Shown here piece by piece: positions 9,737 to 19,313 of a stretch of 64,000 nt of DNA (its first letter is position 1; each line of letters begins with the position of its first letter). The notes under the pieces are model-generated. The model ran no database searches. It was given only the letters and a program-made list of their open reading frames with translations, and had not been told where the DNA came from. Location of the stretch: the IMG/VR virus record IMGVR_UViG_3300031867_000003, positions 64,001 to 128,000 of that record. One strand, given 5' to 3'. Origin of the DNA: a virus (lineage: Duplodnaviria > Caudoviricetes). The translations under genes and the position numbers were made by a program.

Positions 9737-10082
9737 TGTGACTTTTCATGGGCAGTTATCTGTGAACGCCGCGGATGAAAACATTGGTAATTCTGTTGCT
9801 CTCCAAATGCTATATGACAGACTGAAAAACATCGACGGTTTTTCTTATATTAGAACCGGAATGCCCGGTTGCGAGGTTAGAATTTGTCGAGTCAATGATT
9901 GGGAAGGGCTGTATATTAACAATGAAATTGCCATCCAGGGGCATCATCTGGACGTAGGAGAAGTGCTTCACTGCCTTGAAAATATCGGCAATATCAATTT
10001 CATTAGCGAATGGTGTAATGAAAGACAGATTGAGGAACTCGGTGGCTTTCCGCATTATTATACCGATTTAAAAATGGGGTAA
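9726..10082 (+). CDS. Hypothetical protein
   Basis: ORF track; GGAG RBS. Confidence 0.6.
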   Translation: MNVNVTFHGQLSVNAADENIGNSVALQMLYDRLKNIDGFSYIRTGMPGCEVRICRVNDWEGLYINNEIAIQGHHLDVGEVLHCLENIGNINFISEWCNERQIEELGGFPHYYTDLKMG

Positions 10083-10088
10083 ATAACA

Positions 10089-10325
10089 ATGATTAAACTA
10101 CAAATTCAATTTGACAAAGTTAATAAATTATGTGCTATCTGCGAAGCCGTACCATTTGATGTAGATATTGTTTGTGGAAAGTACGTTGTTGACGGCACCA
10201 GTGCAATGGGGGTTGCTTCTTTAATTGGCAGAACGGTCACTGTTAATCCAGTGGCGATTGATGACCAACGTCAAGTGTTTGACTTCTATGAAAAATTAAC
10301 TTCGATCGGAGCATATCAAGTATGA
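10089..10325 (+). CDS. HPr-like protein
   Basis: 'DVDIVCGKYVVDGTSAMGVASL' resembles the HPr Ser46 region; no N-terminal His. Confidence 0.65.
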   Translation: MIKLQIQFDKVNKLCAICEAVPFDVDIVCGKYVVDGTSAMGVASLIGRTVTVNPVAIDDQRQVFDFYEKLTSIGAYQV

Positions 10326-12398
10326 ATAATTTTATAGAATTGGAGCGTAAAACCCACTACCCTTGGGTAGTGGGATATAAGCGATCTCTCAACAGTATAT
10401 TTTACCAAAACAATGTGTTTCAGTAAAATGTATGCCATAATATACATACAGGAGAAATCCGAGTCTTTAGAAAGGAGTAAGACTATATGTATCTATCTGT
10501 AAAGCAACAGGTTAAGCATCTATCAAAGGAAGATTACAAAACTATTAGAGAACTCTGTCATATAGCTAAGAACCTCACAAATGAGGCTATCTATAATGTA
10601 AGACAGTATTACTTTACGGGGGGTGAGTACCTTAACTATAAGAAAAACTATGCTCTTCTCAAAAATAGCCCTAACTACAAGGCGCTAAATTCCAACATGG
10701 CACAACAGATACTTAAAGAAGTCGATGGCAGTTTTAAATCATTCTTCGGGCTTCTTAAACTTGCGAAGTAGGGCAAATATGCTTTTAAGGATTGTAAGTT
10801 ACCACATTATCTTCCGGAAGACGGATATACCACGCTTGTAATCGGGTTTGTAAGACTAAATGGTAATAAACTGATACTTCCGTTTTCTAACAGCTTCAAG
10901 AAAACACATAAAGCTGTAGAGATAACGATACCACCTATATTGCTTGATAAAAAGGTTAAAGAGATTCGTATTATTCCTAAAGCAAAGGCAAGGTTCTTTG
11001 AGATATAGTATATCTACGAAGTAGAGATTATTCAAAGAAATCTAAACCAAAACAACGCACTTGCTCTTGACCTTGGAATAAATAATCTTATAACCGCTGT
11101 ATCAAGTACAGGGAAATCGTTCATCATTGATGGAAGAAGGCTTAAATCTATAAACCAGTGGTTTAACAAAGAAAATGCAAGGCTTCAGTCTATCAAGGAT
11201 AAACAAGGTTTTGGTAAAAAGACAACCAATCGTCAAAAAGCTATTGCAAGAGACAGAAATAACAAAGTGAACGATTATATGAACAAAGCAGCACGTAAGA
11301 TCATAGATTACTGTGTTGCTAACGATATAGGTACGCTTGTTGTCGGCTACAATGAAACATTTCAATGTGATACCAATATGGGTAAACGAAATAATCAGAC
11401 CTTTGTAAACATCCCTTATGCTCAGTTACGGGATAAATTAGCGTATCTTTGCGAGTTAAACAGCATCACTTTTGTAAAACAAGAAGAATCTTATACATCC
11501 AAAGCAAGTTTTTGGGATAAGGATACTATTCCTATCTATAATGCTGATAACCCGAAAGAATATCAGTTTAGCGGTAAGAGAATGTGCAGAGGATTGTATA
11601 AAACAGCAAGTGGTAGTTCATTTAATGCAGATGTAAATGGGGCATTAAACATTATGCGTAAAAGTAGCGTTGTGGATATGAATATCCTATACGGTAGAGG
11701 CGAAGTGGACACGCCTATAAGAATAAGGATTGCCTGACTTGTCAGGTGGAAACTTAAATATCACACTTCTTAAATAGAGTTGCAAGACTCTTAGAAGCCA
11801 TGTACCTTTAGGTGTGTGGTAGTTCACTAAATCGATTATGGCGGGATGGGCATTTCTCGCATCTGATAACAAATTAGTGGGATCTATTCTTTTTTCAATC
11901 GGGCTGCTGTTGGTTTGCACTATGGGATACAACCTGTATACCGGCAAAATCTGTAAAGCATTTACAATCGGTGGTCCAAAATTTATTTTGTTTCCGTGGA
12001 TGCTACTGGGCAATTTTCTCGGCACATTTATTGTGGCAATGTTAACCAGAGTAGGGCGTCCACTTCTGATAGATAAGGCAACGGCTGTTTGCTCGGCAAA
12101 ATTATCTGAGGGACTTGCGGTAATTCCGCTGGCAATCATGTGTAATGTGATGATTTATTACGCGGTTACTAACTTTAGATATAATCCTCATCAACTCGGC
12201 AAATATCTGGGGATTATTCTCAGCGTAACAATATTTGTTTACTGCGGTTTTGAGCATTGTGTGGCTAATGCCTACTACTTTTTTGTTGCCGGTTTCTCCA
12301 TCATGTACATACCATTCTTGCTACTGAATGTTCTCGGCAATACAATTGGGGGAATCGTTATATATAGATTAGACACTTTATCAAAGATTAATTATTAA
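10322..12398 (+). CDS. Formate/nitrite transporter family protein, split at codon 5 by the TnpB element (main part 11838-12398)
   Basis: Motifs LFSIGL, LYTGK, GNFLG, CN, FEHCVAN, GNTIGG; multi-pass membrane protein. Confidence 0.85.
10336..11827 (+). mobile_element. IS200/IS605-superfamily TnpB-only element inserted after TTTAT
   Basis: Left hairpin CCCACTACC-CTTG-GGTAGTGGG; right end hairpin then TAGTTCAC; removal rejoins ATG AAT AAT TTT AT|T AAA TCG ATT ATG in frame. Confidence 0.85.
10487..11737 (+). CDS. tnpB: TnpB RNA-guided nuclease, 416 aa with two in-frame TAG (Gln)
   Basis: One frame from 10487 to TGA 11735, interrupted only by TAG at 10769 (LAK*GKY) and 11006 (FEI*YIY); RuvC motifs LALDLG, QEESYTSK, NADVNGALN. 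Confidence 0.85.
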
Positions 12399-12412
12399 AG
12401 GAGTAAGTAACT

Positions 12413-12646
12413 ATGAAGATTTTTAACATCAAAAACATTGAGGGATTCTTCAACGTGGTTGATAAGTGCAAGGGTCAGGTACATGTGGTGTCTCCGGAGG
12501 GCGATGATATTGTACTGACCAGTAAGCTGAGTAGGGTTGTCTTTGCGGTGATTAATGAGGAACAGATTAATAATCTGAATCTGGAACTCAAGTGTGAGAA
12601 CCCCGAAGATACAATGCTGTTTATGGATTTCTTGGCGAGAGGTTAA
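12413..12646 (+). CDS. Small protein, possibly HPr-like fold
   Basis: 'FFNVVDKCKGQVHVVSPEGDDIVLTSKLS'; AAGGAG RBS. Confidence 0.55.
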   Translation: MKIFNIKNIEGFFNVVDKCKGQVHVVSPEGDDIVLTSKLSRVVFAVINEEQINNLNLELKCENPEDTMLFMDFLARG

Positions 12647-12648
12647 TT

Positions 12649-13065
12649 ATGAGCGAGTATTATGTTAATGAAGAAAAAGGTACTGTTGTAAGTGTTTATG
12701 ATTCGGGTGACTGGGGATTGCATGATTTCTCACAGAAGGTACTGAAGCACGTTCATGGTCCGAGGATTTATCGCAATGTTATTGCGGATATTATTGACTC
12801 CAACATCTTTCCAATTTATCCGCAGTATATCCGTGGTGTTGCCAAGCTTGGTGAGAATGATTCCTGGGATGAAACCAAGGGTAAGAAAATTGCCGATCAG
12901 AAAGTCGCACTGAAGAAGAATGACCGCATTGTTAAACAGGCGATTCTGGTTAAGAAGCACTTGCTCAATATTGTTAAGGAACTTGATGTGATTATCAGTA
13001 AGTACTCTGAGAAGTGTGCTGCTATTGAAGAGGACTTTGATAGGTATTATGTAAAGGGGGAATGA
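12649..13065 (+). CDS. Conserved phage hypothetical protein
   Basis: 'GVAKLGENDSWDETKGKKIA' motif; ORF track. Confidence 0.65.
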   Translation: MSEYYVNEEKGTVVSVYDSGDWGLHDFSQKVLKHVHGPRIYRNVIADIIDSNIFPIYPQYIRGVAKLGENDSWDETKGKKIADQKVALKKNDRIVKQAILVKKHLLNIVKELDVIISKYSEKCAAIEEDFDRYYVKGE

Positions 13066-13274
13066 TGATGGAAGTGATACTGTATAGTACTCATTGTCCT
13101 AAATGCAATATTCTTGAGAAAAAATTGGACTCAGAAAATATTAAATATGCAACCGTCACGGATGCGGATGTAATGATTGAGAAAGGATTTAAATCCACAC
13201 CAATTTTAGAGGTTGATGGAGTAGTAAAAACGTTTAAAGAAGCTATTGACTGGCTTGAGGAACTGGAGGATTGA
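13062..13274 (+). CDS. Glutaredoxin/NrdH-like redoxin
   Basis: CPKC motif, TP motif, 70 aa, immediately upstream of nrdD. Confidence 0.85.
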   Translation: MMMEVILYSTHCPKCNILEKKLDSENIKYATVTDADVMIEKGFKSTPILEVDGVVKTFKEAIDWLEELED

Positions 13275-13280
13275 TAACTT

Positions 13281-15257
13281 ATGGACATTCAGCTGAAATT
13301 AACTAAAGATTTTGAAAGATATTTAAATGAACTCAAGAATAAATATGGCGAAGATTTCGAATATATTAACGGTATTCATCCTAGCCAGTTAGACTTCTCT
13401 GAGTTCATTGATAATTTCGTGGATAAGGGTACTTTGGCTGATGCCAGTATTGATCCGAATGCTAATGCCAATAATCGAGACATCCGTAGTTTTATGACAG
13501 AAAAGGCTAAAAGTGAAGATAAACTCTTTGGACTAAATAAAATATTCTCTACTATGAAGAAACAGTGGGGATTAAGAACCGCAAAACAGTGGTTCGAGCA
13601 AGAATTTAGCAAAGGGTTCTATCTAAATGATAGCACAACGGCATCGTATTTTCCATATTGTTGGGCGAATGATTTGACCAGATTAGCTACTGAGGGATTA
13701 TTCTTTTTGAATAATTATAATAATCAACCTCCAAAACATTTAACAACATTTGTAGATGATCTAATTGAATTTGTTTCCTTCTTGTCAAATAGACAGTCTG
13801 GTGCTGTTGGTTTGCCAAATGTTCTTATCTGGGCTTGGTGGTTCTGGAAGAAAGATGTTGAAACCGGTTATTATATTAAAAATCCCGATTACTATCTTAG
13901 ACAGCAATTCCAGAAAATTGTTTATCGACTTAACCAGCCGTTCCTAAGAATTGACCAGAGTAGTTTTACTAATGTATCAATTTTTGACAGACCTTATCTT
14001 GAAGGAATTTTCGGCGGAGTTGAGTTTCCGGACGGTACATTCGCTATTGATCATGTTGAAGATTTGATTAAATGTCAGAAAGCTTTCATGGAAGTCGTTG
14101 CTGAGATTAGAAGAGAACAAAATATGTTTACATACCCGGTTCTTACATATTCTCTTCTTAAGCGTAATGATTTTAAAGAAGGCGAAATTGAAGAAATGAT
14201 CAAAACCAGAAACTGGGATATTTTCGTAGATAAAGATTTTGCGAGATGGTGTTCCGACCATAATGTGGAATGGAATGATTCTAACTTCTTCTGTAGCGAT
14301 AATGTTGGAGTACTAAGTAATTGCTGTCGTCTGCTGTCTGATACAACCAAACTTGATGCATTTATTAACTCTATTGGTGGTACCGCACTTTCCGTAGGAT
14401 CGTGTCGAGTCAGTACAATTAATCTGGTAAGAATTGCTTATGAGAGCGAATTTGATAAGAAAAAATATATGAGAATTCTTAGACAGAGAGTTCTGCTTGA
14501 TTGTAAAGCGCTGTATTCAATGAGACATATCCTTAAGAGAAACATCGAAAAAGGGTTGCTTCCCAATTATCAGGATGGAGCCGTTGAACTTAGTAAACAG
14601 TTTTGTACAATCGGCGGAATCGGAATGTACGAAGTTATGGATTTATTTGGATTGATTAACACGGATGAATTCGGCTGTAAGTCCTACTCTGATGAAGCGG
14701 TAGAGTTTGCTACGAAAATTCTCGATACAATGAATGAAGTTAAGGATAATTTTGAGTGTGACTTTACATTTAACATTGAAATGATTCCCGCTGAGAACTG
14801 CGCCGGGGTTATTTGTCAGGCAGATAATTTAATCTACGAGCAGAACAAATATTTCATTTATTCTAATCAGTGGATTCCACTTATGGAGAAATGTACAATC
14901 CAGGAGAAATGTAGACTTGGTTCTTTATTCGATGAAAAATGTGGCGGTGGATGCATTGCCCACATTAATGTCGAAAATAGATTCGCGAATAATGACGCAG
15001 CATGGGATATGTTGAATTATGTTGCAGCTATGGGAGTCATTTATTTTGCGTTTACTACAAAAATTAGTGTTTGTAAGAACAAACATGCTTTTATTAGTGA
15101 GAATAAATGCCCTCAGTGCGGAGAACCTATCTCTGATACATATGCAAGAGTTGTTGGTTTTTATGTACCAATTAGTAGTTACCAGAAAATTAGAAAACGT
15201 GAGTTCGACAAGCGCCGTTGGATGAACGTTCTGAGCAATGATGGGATTATGCAATGA
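13281..15257 (+). CDS. nrdD: Anaerobic (class III) ribonucleotide reductase
   Basis: C-terminal glycyl-radical motif YARVVGFY, Zn site C...H...CPQCG, IPAE motif, SNCCRL. Confidence 0.95.
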   Translation: MDIQLKLTKDFERYLNELKNKYGEDFEYINGIHPSQLDFSEFIDNFVDKGTLADASIDPNANANNRDIRSFMTEKAKSEDKLFGLNKIFSTMKKQWGLRTAKQWFEQEFSKGFYLNDSTTASYFPYCWANDLTRLATEGLFFLNNYNNQPPKHLTTFVDDLIEFVSFLSNRQSGAVGLPNVLIWAWWFWKKDVETGYYIKNPDYYLRQQFQKIVYRLNQPFLRIDQSSFTNVSIFDRPYLEGIFGGVEFPDGTFAIDHVEDLIKCQKAFMEVVAEIRREQNMFTYPVLTYSLLKRNDFKEGEIEEMIKTRNWDIFVDKDFARWCSDHNVEWNDSNFFCSDNVGVLSNCCRLLSDTTKLDAFINSIGGTALSVGSCRVSTINLVRIAYESEFDKKKYMRILRQRVLLDCKALYSMRHILKRNIEKGLLPNYQDGAVELSKQFCTIGGIGMYEVMDLFGLINTDEFGCKSYSDEAVEFATKILDTMNEVKDNFECDFTFNIEMIPAENCAGVICQADNLIYEQNKYFIYSNQWIPLMEKCTIQEKCRLGSLFDEKCGGGCIAHINVENRFANNDAAWDMLNYVAAMGVIYFAFTTKISVCKNKHAFISENKCPQCGEPISDTYARVVGFYVPISSYQKIRKREFDKRRWMNVLSNDGIMQ

Positions 15258-15736
15258 CGGATACAATTACATTAAAAGGAATTATTGATGAGGACTTTGT
15301 TAACTACAGAGTCCCATCAATGGTACTTATGTTCCCAAAGTGTTCTTTTAAGTGTGGCACAAACTTTTGCCAAAACTCATCTTTAGTTAAAGCAGAAAAT
15401 GTTGAAGTCCAATTAAGTAGACTTTTTGGAAGATACATAAATAACCCAATAACAAATAGCGTTGTATTACAAGGGCTAGAGCCATTCGATTCATGGGATG
15501 AGTTATTCTCACTGATTAAATATTTTAGGGATAATGATTGTAATGATGATATTGTTATTTATACGGGCTATGACAAGTCTGAAATATTGGACATGGTGAA
15601 TGATTTAAGTATATTCCACAACTTAATTATTAAATATGGAAGATACATTCCAAATCAAAAATCACATTTTGATGACATACTGGGAGTGAGATTAGCGTCA
15701 GATAACCAGTATGCAGAAAGGCTAGATAATGACTAA
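15254..15736 (+). CDS. nrdG: Anaerobic RNR activase (radical SAM)
   Basis: 'CSFKCGTNFCQN', 'GLEPF', 'IYTGY', 'ASDNQ'; coupled to nrdD. Confidence 0.88.
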   Translation: MTDTITLKGIIDEDFVNYRVPSMVLMFPKCSFKCGTNFCQNSSLVKAENVEVQLSRLFGRYINNPITNSVVLQGLEPFDSWDELFSLIKYFRDNDCNDDIVIYTGYDKSEILDMVNDLSIFHNLIIKYGRYIPNQKSHFDDILGVRLASDNQYAERLDND

Positions 15737-16001
15737 AGGTGACATTTATTATTACGCAAGAATTCACCCGGCTACAGGTATCTTCGAAGTAGATGAACTC
15801 TGCATCCGCACTGTGGAGGATACCTACTTCGTAGGTACTGAAAAAAAGACAAAGCAAGCGTTCTTATTTAACTATGACGAACTTGAAGAGGTCGTTTTTT
15901 TGGACAGAACAAAAGCGCTTGCTCTGGTTAAAGCTGCCGAGGCTGAATTCAAGGATAAGAAGAAATTTACTGTTGATTATGATGAAGGAGTAACTGTATG
16001 A
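15729..16001 (+). CDS. Hypothetical protein
   Basis: ORF track; overlapping coupling. Confidence 0.65.
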   Translation: MTKGDIYYYARIHPATGIFEVDELCIRTVEDTYFVGTEKKTKQAFLFNYDELEEVVFLDRTKALALVKAAEAEFKDKKKFTVDYDEGVTV

Positions 16002-16519
16002 AAGTAGTTGGAAATTTTTATAAAGTAAGTCTCGACCAGTTTGCTGAAGATTGGCGAGATACATTTGGCATCCCGGACGATGATATAAACCGGCAACATA
16101 TCACCGACACATATAAGAATATTAAGTTGCCGACAAGAAGTACTTCCGGGAGTGCCGGTTATGATTTTGTCTCACCATTGCATTTTTGTTTGGAACCGGA
16201 AGATGATATCGTAATACCGACTGGGATTAGAGTAGAAATAACCAAACCTGGTTGGGCACTGATGATGTTTCCAAAATCCGGGCTTGGATTCAAGTATTAT
16301 ACAACTCTGGCCAACACGATTGGTATAGTGGATCAGGACTATTTTTATTCAGATAACGAGGGTCATATATTCCTCAAGATTAGAAACGAAGGCTCCAAAA
16401 CTATGCTTGTTGAAGCCGGAGACAAAATCGTCCAGGGAGTATTTCTCAAATTCGGCATTACATCCGATGATAATGTTACGGCAACCAGAAATGGTGGCTT
16501 TGGAAGTACCGGGAGGTGA
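15998..16519 (+). CDS. dut: Trimeric dUTPase
   Basis: SAGYD, KSGLG, GIVDQDY, GDKIVQG, RNGGFGSTG motifs. Confidence 0.95.
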   Translation: MKVVGNFYKVSLDQFAEDWRDTFGIPDDDINRQHITDTYKNIKLPTRSTSGSAGYDFVSPLHFCLEPEDDIVIPTGIRVEITKPGWALMMFPKSGLGFKYYTTLANTIGIVDQDYFYSDNEGHIFLKIRNEGSKTMLVEAGDKIVQGVFLKFGITSDDNVTATRNGGFGSTGR

Positions 16520-17010
16520 CAATGAAGATTATTAAACATAATAGCGATAATAAACCATCGACTATTTCATTTCCTATTAAAGTGGCTTGTGAGCATTGCG
16601 GATCAATCATCGAACTGGAGAGTGAGGACGATTTCCACGAAGGGTATCTCGGCATGATGTATTTTAAATGCCCTTGTTGTGAGAAAGAGGCTTGTGTTGA
16701 CCATCCAGACCTTGATAAAAAAGTAACAATTGATAATCTGAATTTCCCGGATAATTTCTGGCATTTTGATTCCACTGACGGTGATGGGGTTCATGTACAA
16801 GACAAGGAAGTAACCGACTTTATTAAAGAATCGATTCTTAAGTTACGAAAAAATAGATTTGATGATGACTACGGCGATACATTCTACACCGGTACCGGAG
16901 ATACGTTTGTTTATGTAAAACGTTATCCCGGAGACGAAGAATATATGGTTGTTGTAGCACAGAATTACTATCAGACCGAGATTCCGTTCGAATTAGAAGA
17001 TTATGCATAA
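16516..17010 (+). CDS. Zn-ribbon hypothetical protein
   Basis: CEHC...CPCC. Confidence 0.65.
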   Translation: MTMKIIKHNSDNKPSTISFPIKVACEHCGSIIELESEDDFHEGYLGMMYFKCPCCEKEACVDHPDLDKKVTIDNLNFPDNFWHFDSTDGDGVHVQDKEVTDFIKESILKLRKNRFDDDYGDTFYTGTGDTFVYVKRYPGDEEYMVVVAQNYYQTEIPFELEDYA

Positions 17011-17515
17011 GAGTATTTTTATTATTAATGGTCCGGCAACAGCCGGTAAAGATACATTTGTTAGTATGGTAAGTTCAATCGTGCCTACCATAAACTACTC
17101 ATCCGTCCAGGTAGTGAAGGAAGCTGCCTCGCTACTTGGATGGGAGGGTGGTAAATCTGAGAAAGATAGGAAGTTTCTCGCCGATATGAAATTCTTGAGT
17201 ACAGAGTATTCAGACGCCCCATATAAATCCATGGAGAAAAAGATATTTGAGTTCTTAGAGGATGAAATCCATGAGATGTTATTTCTCCATATTAGAGAAC
17301 GTGCCGAAATCGAGCGCATGGTAAAAGAATATCCAATGATTAGAACCATATTGGTCACCAGAAGCGGAGTTGCTCCAATCACGAGTAATTCCGCCGATGC
17401 CCAGGTATATGATTGGAGTTACGATTTTGTCATTGACAATTCGGGAACACTGGGCGATTTAAAGTCGGTAGCCAAAGAATTTGTTGATGATATCAATAAT
17501 AAGGAAGTGATGTAA
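17003..17515 (+). CDS. Phage dNMP kinase-like P-loop protein
   Basis: Walker A GPATAGKDT; C-terminal 'YDFVIDNSG'. Confidence 0.75.
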   Translation: MHKSIFIINGPATAGKDTFVSMVSSIVPTINYSSVQVVKEAASLLGWEGGKSEKDRKFLADMKFLSTEYSDAPYKSMEKKIFEFLEDEIHEMLFLHIRERAEIERMVKEYPMIRTILVTRSGVAPITSNSADAQVYDWSYDFVIDNSGTLGDLKSVAKEFVDDINNKEVM

Positions 17516-17543
17516 TATAAGCAGCGGTAACGAAGATGAGATA

Positions 17544-18746
17544 TTGTGTCTGCTTGCATCTGATGCTACTATAGATACATCATATATCCGTTCTCAGATT
17601 GATGATATGAACCGGAGAAAGAAGTATCTAAACAACCATAAGTATGCAATCACGCAAAATAAAGATGGGAAGTGGTACACATATTTGCCCGATCCCGTTA
17701 AGGGCAGAAAATTGTATAAAAGAAGTTCGAGAAAAGAATTGGAAGATATCATAGTAGAATGCTATGAAAAGTTGGAGTCACTAGGCTCAACGTTCGAAGA
17801 AGTGTATTTCATGTGGAGAGAATATAAAGATAAGATGGTGTCCGATAATACGGCAGTCAGATATGATACTGACTACGCCAGATGTCTCGAGGGTACTGAT
17901 TTTGTAAAGATGCCGGTGTCAGTAATTACTGAAGATGACATATCTGTATTTATAAAACAGCGGATCGAGTCCCTGAAGTTGCCGAAGAAAGCAGCCAAAA
18001 TGTTATTCGGATACATCCACAACACTTTGTTATTCGCTTGCCGCCACAAGCTGATTGACGAAGATGTGATGAGGTTCATGAAACCCGGCGAATTTTATGA
18101 GTACTGTGTGGCATCAAAAAGATCGCAAAAATCCCAGACTATTAGCGATGAGGATAATGCTAAACTTCAGGCATTGTTGAGGGATGACATACAAAACAAT
18201 CCGACTTACATTCCTCCATATGCCGTAGTACTATCTTCGCTGACCGGAATGAGAGTCGGCGAACTGGCTGCATTAACTTGGGACTGCGTATTCGAAGATC
18301 GTTTATTAATTAACAAATCAGAGAAGTATAATCGCAAGACCAAGACCTACTCAATTGAAGGTACTAAGAATGGTAAATCCAGGGTATTTCCAATGACCAA
18401 AGAAATTAAAGAACTTCTTTATAACCTCAAAAAGATCGAAATTGCCAATGGATTCTTAACTGAATACGTATTTAGCGGAGAATCCGGACGAATTCATACA
18501 AATGTAATATGTAGTTGTATTAAAAACAAATGCCGAACTTTAGGTATTACAGAGCGAGGAATTCACGCATACCGTAAAACACTGAACTCCAAAATGAGAT
18601 GTAGCGGTGTCTCGGCAACGGTTGCGGCGAGTTTGCTCGGTCACTCACCAGAAGTCAACGAGCAATACTACACGTATGATGTTGCAGATTTCTCGACCAA
18701 AACAAGTATCATTTCCGAATTAAATAAGAAGGTAATGGGGGAATAA
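17544..18746 (+). CDS. int: Tyrosine integrase (start uncertain)
   Basis: TGMRVGEL, TKN, HAYRK, LLGHS...YY catalytic motifs; adjacent to attP. Confidence 0.93.
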   Translation: MCLLASDATIDTSYIRSQIDDMNRRKKYLNNHKYAITQNKDGKWYTYLPDPVKGRKLYKRSSRKELEDIIVECYEKLESLGSTFEEVYFMWREYKDKMVSDNTAVRYDTDYARCLEGTDFVKMPVSVITEDDISVFIKQRIESLKLPKKAAKMLFGYIHNTLLFACRHKLIDEDVMRFMKPGEFYEYCVASKRSQKSQTISDEDNAKLQALLRDDIQNNPTYIPPYAVVLSSLTGMRVGELAALTWDCVFEDRLLINKSEKYNRKTKTYSIEGTKNGKSRVFPMTKEIKELLYNLKKIEIANGFLTEYVFSGESGRIHTNVICSCIKNKCRTLGITERGIHAYRKTLNSKMRCSGVSATVAASLLGHSPEVNEQYYTYDVADFSTKTSIISELNKKVMGE

Positions 18747-18779
18747 CGGGAATTATTTTTCCCCCATTTTACCCAAAAT

Positions 18780-19029
18780 TTTGTTACCTTTTGTTACCTG
18801 AAAGGTTTCGCTTGACAACTATCAAAAATAGTGCTATTATGCAAAATGTCCAAAGCCCAGTAAATACAAGGGTTTGAGGAATACACCGGGGTATGGCGTA
18901 GCTTGGTAGCGCGCTCGGCTGGGGGCCGAGAGTCCTTCCCAAAACTGTTTTAAAAACGCTCAAACCCCAGTAAAATCAAGGGCTGGCGCTCATTTTTGAT
19001 ATGGCACAAATTTGTTACCTTTGTTACCT
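18780..19029. other. attP: arm-type repeats around a 5' half of tRNA-Pro(GGG)
   Basis: Tandem (T)TTGTTACCT x2 at 18780-18799 and 19011-19029; CCCAGTAAA..CAAGGG repeats near 18856 and 18967; core CGGGGTATGGCGTAGCTTGGTAGCGCGCTCGGCTGGGGGCCGAGAG (18887-18932) lacks T-arm and 3' acceptor strand. Confidence 0.85.
18812..18840 (+). promoter_or_regulatory. SigA promoter upstream of the tRNA-Pro half
   Basis: TTGACA-17 bp-TATTAT with extended -10 TG. Confidence 0.75.
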
Positions 19030-19096
19030 CGCTTCAGAAAGGCAAGAATTGGATATATGATGAAAGTTATTTGTGCAATCTGTACAAATAAGTCGT

Positions 19097-19128
19097 AAAA
19101 AAAGGGGATACCAAATCGGTGTCCCCTT
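19097..19128 (-). terminator. Rho-independent terminator ending the late/lysis operon
   Basis: Minus strand AAGGGGACACC-GATTT-GGTATCCCCTTTTTTT. Confidence 0.8.
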
Positions 19129-19139
19129 AAATTATTTGA

Positions 19140-19313
19140 TTATATGTCGTTATCTTGTTGTGACTTATCTTTATTTTGTTCTATTATGGGTAATTCCCAT
19201 ACCCTCATTTCTTGGAATTCAATTATTTTCTTTAAGTCCGGTATCTCCGGAGTCGATTTTGTCGCTCTTTGGATTTTGCCCCAGTTGAGTAGCGGTCTCC
19301 ATTTATCACCCAT
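19140..19313 (-). CDS. Small hypothetical protein
   Basis: GGTGA RBS; overlaps the end of the holin; last gene before the terminator. Confidence 0.45.
   Translation of the reverse strand: MGDKWRPLLNWGKIQRATKSTPEIPDLKKIIEFQEMRVWELPIIEQNKDKSQQDNDI

Noticed and set aside
10336-10486. IStron (group I intron fused to the TnpB element) rescuing the FNT gene
   Set aside because: Only about 150 nt precede tnpB, they lack intron core motifs, and the element ends in C, not G.
18887-18960. Functional tRNA-Pro gene
   Set aside because: No T-arm or 3' acceptor strand; better explained as the attP core.
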